Assembly (NCBI GenBank): GCA_002269645.1 | Contig: NIVC01000572.1 | Coordinates: 62,001 to 126,000, forward strand | DNA from: Macrostomum lignano | Lineage: Eukaryota | Direction: 5' to 3' | DNA: 64,000 nucleotides | Part shown: positions 60,271 through 64,000 of the stretch, one piece after another | Numbering within the stretch: position 1 is the first letter of the stretch | Layout of the letters: each line of letters begins with the position of its first letter | Program-made: the position numbers and the translations under genes | The notes under the pieces: generated by a model | Seen by the model: only the letters and a program-made list of their open reading frames with translations | What the model was told of the DNA's origin: nothing | The model's database searches: none

Positions 60271-60378
60271 AAACTTGGGAATCACCCGGCTAAAAGTAGT
60301 TACATGACTACTATTCTGTCCAATAGCAACTTACATGTGTGTGTTGCCAATAAAAATGGCTGAGTGATTCCCAAGGTT
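60271..60378. mobile_element. Palindromic MITE, copy 1
   Basis: TIR aaacttgggaatcac ... gtgattcccaaggtt. Confidence 0.65.
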
Positions 60379-60859
60379 GCGCATGTATGAGTTGGTATTA
60401 TTAAGTGGTAGGAGAAATCAAGTGGATATTAATGATATTAATTGTCAATTTTAATTACAAATGAGTAATAAAACATAAACTTTGTATGAGTGGCTGTTTA
60501 CAAAGTCTAGAGTCTAGACAGACAACACATCAGTTCAAACTTTGAATAGAATAGAAATAGGAGAACTTTTGGCAAAGGAAAGTGGGGTGGTAGAGCTGGC
60601 AAACAACAGGGGTACCAATGTACATTGATATGGCTGACTGTACAATGTAATTGGACTTTCTTAGAATGTATCTAATTGTATTGTTTTTTATATCTGGTTC
60701 TTTGGTATTGAATATTCTTGCCTATCAGTACTACAATCAGAAATTTATTGAGGGGCAGATTCTAGAGGGTAAAGACCCCAAGGGATAGGGGGTAGAATGA
60801 ATAGCTTATATATTATAGGTATATACTTAAAATTTTGGTATGCATTTTCATACATATGT

Positions 60860-61007
60860 AACCTTGGGAATTACTTGGCCATTTCTATTGGCAACATACA
60901 TATGTAAGTTGCTTTTGCTTGACAGCAGTCATGTGACTGCTATTCCATCAAATAGTGACTTACATGTATATATTGCCAATAGAAATGGCCAGGTGAATCC
61001 CTAGGTT
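60860..61007. mobile_element. Palindromic MITE, copy 2 (same family)
   Basis: aaccttgggaattacttggccatttctattggcaacatacatatgtaag ... cttacatgtatatattgccaatagaaatggccaggtgaatccctaggtt. Confidence 0.7.
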
Positions 61008-61159
61008 ATGTCTAAGCATGTGCATTTTTAATTCTTGAATTTTTGTTTGGGCATGCATCTCACATGATCTAGGCTATGAAGTATAGGATAAATAATGGAT
61101 GAAACAAACTTAATTAAAAAGGAAAGCTAATATATATTTTCTAATACTCATAAGATTAT

Positions 61160-61162
61160 ATA

Positions 61163-61205
<43 letters not shown>

Positions 61206-61262
61206 ATTATTATTATTATTATTATTAATATTATTATTAATATTATTATTATATATATTATT
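61160..61262. repeat. (TAT)n/(TAA)n microsatellite
   Basis: Pure A/T trinucleotide run bracketed by the direct repeat taagattatatatatt. Confidence 0.92.
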
Positions 61263-64000
61263 AAGATAACTAATAAGATTATATATATTTATTCTGTCAC
61301 CAAATTTGATGAGTGTTATGTCCATGGAAAATTTCTATTGCCAAATTAGTTTGTTGTTAAATTGGTCAACATCTCTTAGCCTTAGCAATCACTTAATATA
61401 TTCTTTACTTTTTTATATGGCCATTTTGTCATGTGGCTATTCTATATAACCATTTTGATAATACCCCAAATAAATAAGCTAAGCAATTATATTATAGACT
61501 CTGGATCGTTGAGATTTATTAGAAATTCTAATAATAAAGAATTAGAGAATTATTTACAATTATTTATTATTCATTAGAAATTCTAATAAATAAATTACTT
61601 GGCATACAAAGAGGCCTGATATGCCTTCTTGGCATATAGCTATAGCTTTGCAATACAGCGATCACCAAGATAGTAGGTAGAACCAAGTTCCAAGTCCCAA
61701 TCAACGTATATAGTTATAGCATACAAAAATGATTAAGTTTAATTTTGGCATAATCTTTATATACATAGCTAGAGTAGCTAAATTTTGATTGAAAAGAATT
61801 AGCTTTGTCTTGGCCCTTCCAAAAATAAATTAAAAACTAAATTAAAAAATTGTGTCTAACTTTTCTAAGAAGTTGAAAGTAAAATGAAATTATGGTTTAA
61901 TAAAAAAACCATATTAAAACATTAAAGTTCTTTTATGGTTTAATAAAAAATTAACAACTTTGTACTAATAATGTTTTGACATAAAATTTTACAAGAATAT
62001 AATACTAGTAATTTCTTATTTTTGTGTCAATCCCTATTGGAATAAGCTGACAATTTGCGGACAAGTGTCCATCATGTTTACAAAAATTTTTTGTGTCATG
62101 TTGCACTGGAGTCTTTAGTGGGTAGTGTCGCATCGCGGAGGAGTCATCAAGTAGCTAGTGTCGCATTGCCATCGCAGAGTCCATGGTTTTATAGTAGTGT
62201 CGTGACACTGTTGTAGTCGTCAATCGCCACAATTAATGAACATATAGTTAGAAACCATATCTGGGTCTTCATTTTCTAGGTTTTCATTAACATAAATGTC
62301 ATTATGTCAAGAGATGAGCTTCTTGTAATTTTTCATTTTATCCTCTTCTTTTTTGTTTCAACTTGCTTTCAAGTCATTTATAATATAACATGTGAATAGA
62401 CAATATTTGCTATAGCAGACTTGAAGTTAAAGTTTCTCGTTATCTAGTTTTGATTTAGACATTTTTTGCTAATGACAAACATTGAGAATTGAGTGAACTG
62501 AACTCAGATAAAGTGACCGCTGGGCCAGCTTCTAGCTTGCTATAAATTATGAAAAAACAAGTAACAAGTATAATAGGCTCATTCCATATAAGCATGGTCG
62601 TAACATGACAGGCTATTTTTACTTATAAAATGAAATATAATAATAGAATTTACTAAACCAATATTTTAAATGAAAGATAATTTTGTCAAAAATATTTTTA
62701 TAGAGTTTCATGTAGATATCATCATTAGTATAGATGCTATTAAACCTTGAATGGCACTTATGGTCGTAACAACAGGATTTTTGACATATAGAAACTAAAA
62801 GGTAAAAGTCTTATAACATTTTTATTTTTGATATTTTGCAATACATTTTTTTAAATTTGACTCAGAACATCTTTAGAAATCATACTCTTTTTGTAGAATA
62901 TATAAACTCAAAAAGGCAACAAAGATACAAAAGAAAAGGCAGCCTTATGGTCGTAACATTATGGTCGTAACATATTTTTTTCTGTCAATTCAGTAACTTT
63001 GAGGTACCAATATATTAAAAATATAATAGATTATTTGGTCACCAATACTTTTATCTGATGATGCAAGTATTATACTTTTATCTACAGTTTGTTTCAACCT
63101 TCCAAAGCTTTCTATTTGTTTTTAAAAGGTACACAAACTTAATGATGTCTTTTGCTTAGAAAAATGTCTATATTTTTACAAAAATGACTTTTTGCCACTT
63201 GATAGCATACTAATCTAACATTTTATCATTCATTTATTCTTAGATTGTAGATATTACACATAAAAAACATTTGGTAAAAAAATTGGCTGATAAGGCAATG
63301 GCAAGCAAAAATATTGACTTTTTTCTATTTTCCAAAAATGTCCATCTTATATGGAATGAGCCAATACTTGTTAGTTACAAGGATGGAATTCTTGTATTTC
63401 TTAAGTCAAACGGAATTATGCGATTTTTTTTTATGGCGCGCAAAATATTTTTTTATTGGTCGCATTTTTTATTTTGATACTTAGCACGTCGCAAAATAAC
63501 GAAATAATGAAATAACGAAAGACAATAACGAAAAATGCATTCTAAGAAAATGTAGTGATTTGAATTTTCGTCCAAATACGTATGTTAGAGAATGTTACGA
63601 GTTTCTACTTTTTATAGAATTTTTTCGAATTTTTACTTTTGTGCCTTATTTAGTTTTTACTTTTTATTCTTTTTTTCTTCGTGATCTTAGCAAGTAGGAT
63701 TATCTTTTGCAAAATCCAATATCTCAAGCGCACTTTTGCATATATTAAGAATTAGCAATTTTGTCTGAAATTCTGCGACGCATTTTTTCCGGATTTTTTG
63801 ACGCAAAATCGCATTTTTTTCGCGCAATCACATAACGCATTGTGATTTTTCTGCAAGAATTCCATCCAGGGTTAGTTACAATGTGTGCGCTATTTTTTTA
63901 ACTGCTATACCTTTGTTATTTTACTTTGTTTTGTTTTTAAATTTCATTTCTTTTTCTGCAAAATTAAAAGGAATACTCTTGTCCCTTGCTCCATGCTCTT

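Overview
Intron-rich animal genomic DNA. Style (GC-rich exons, a private minisatellite in many introns, poly-Q/A tracts) is compatible with a flatworm such as Macrostomum, which is inference only. I reconstructed five protein-coding genes by hand from GT-AG sites and frame continuity: (1) a divergent ankyrin/TRPV-like channel (minus, 814-3145); (2) a six-exon PDXDC1 orthologue (plus, 13615-20009); (3,4) two tandem paralogous transmembrane mucins with PTS-repeat, SEA and EGF domains (plus, 28799-39565 and 42137-51394); (5) a low-complexity protein carrying an AUTS2/FBRSL1/Tay-type WxAxHVxIA motif (minus, 53675 to at least 55816). Between and inside them are a decayed Ty3/Gypsy element with a nested short retroposon, a CpG-decayed full-length mariner, SINE fragments, several MITE/foldback elements, a 752-bp retroposon with an 18-bp target duplication, and about 14 mostly unrelated minisatellite arrays. 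No CRISPR array, rRNA or intact tRNA was seen. The most interesting items are the mucin pair (giant Ser/Pro/Ala/Gly/Asp repeat, module duplication with patchy homogenisation, a +1 frameshift/stop that separates secreted from membrane-bound forms), the atypical TRPV-like channel, the CpG-deamination signature on the mariner, and a possible MITE origin for an intronic minisatellite. Splice models are predictions and need RNA-seq confirmation.
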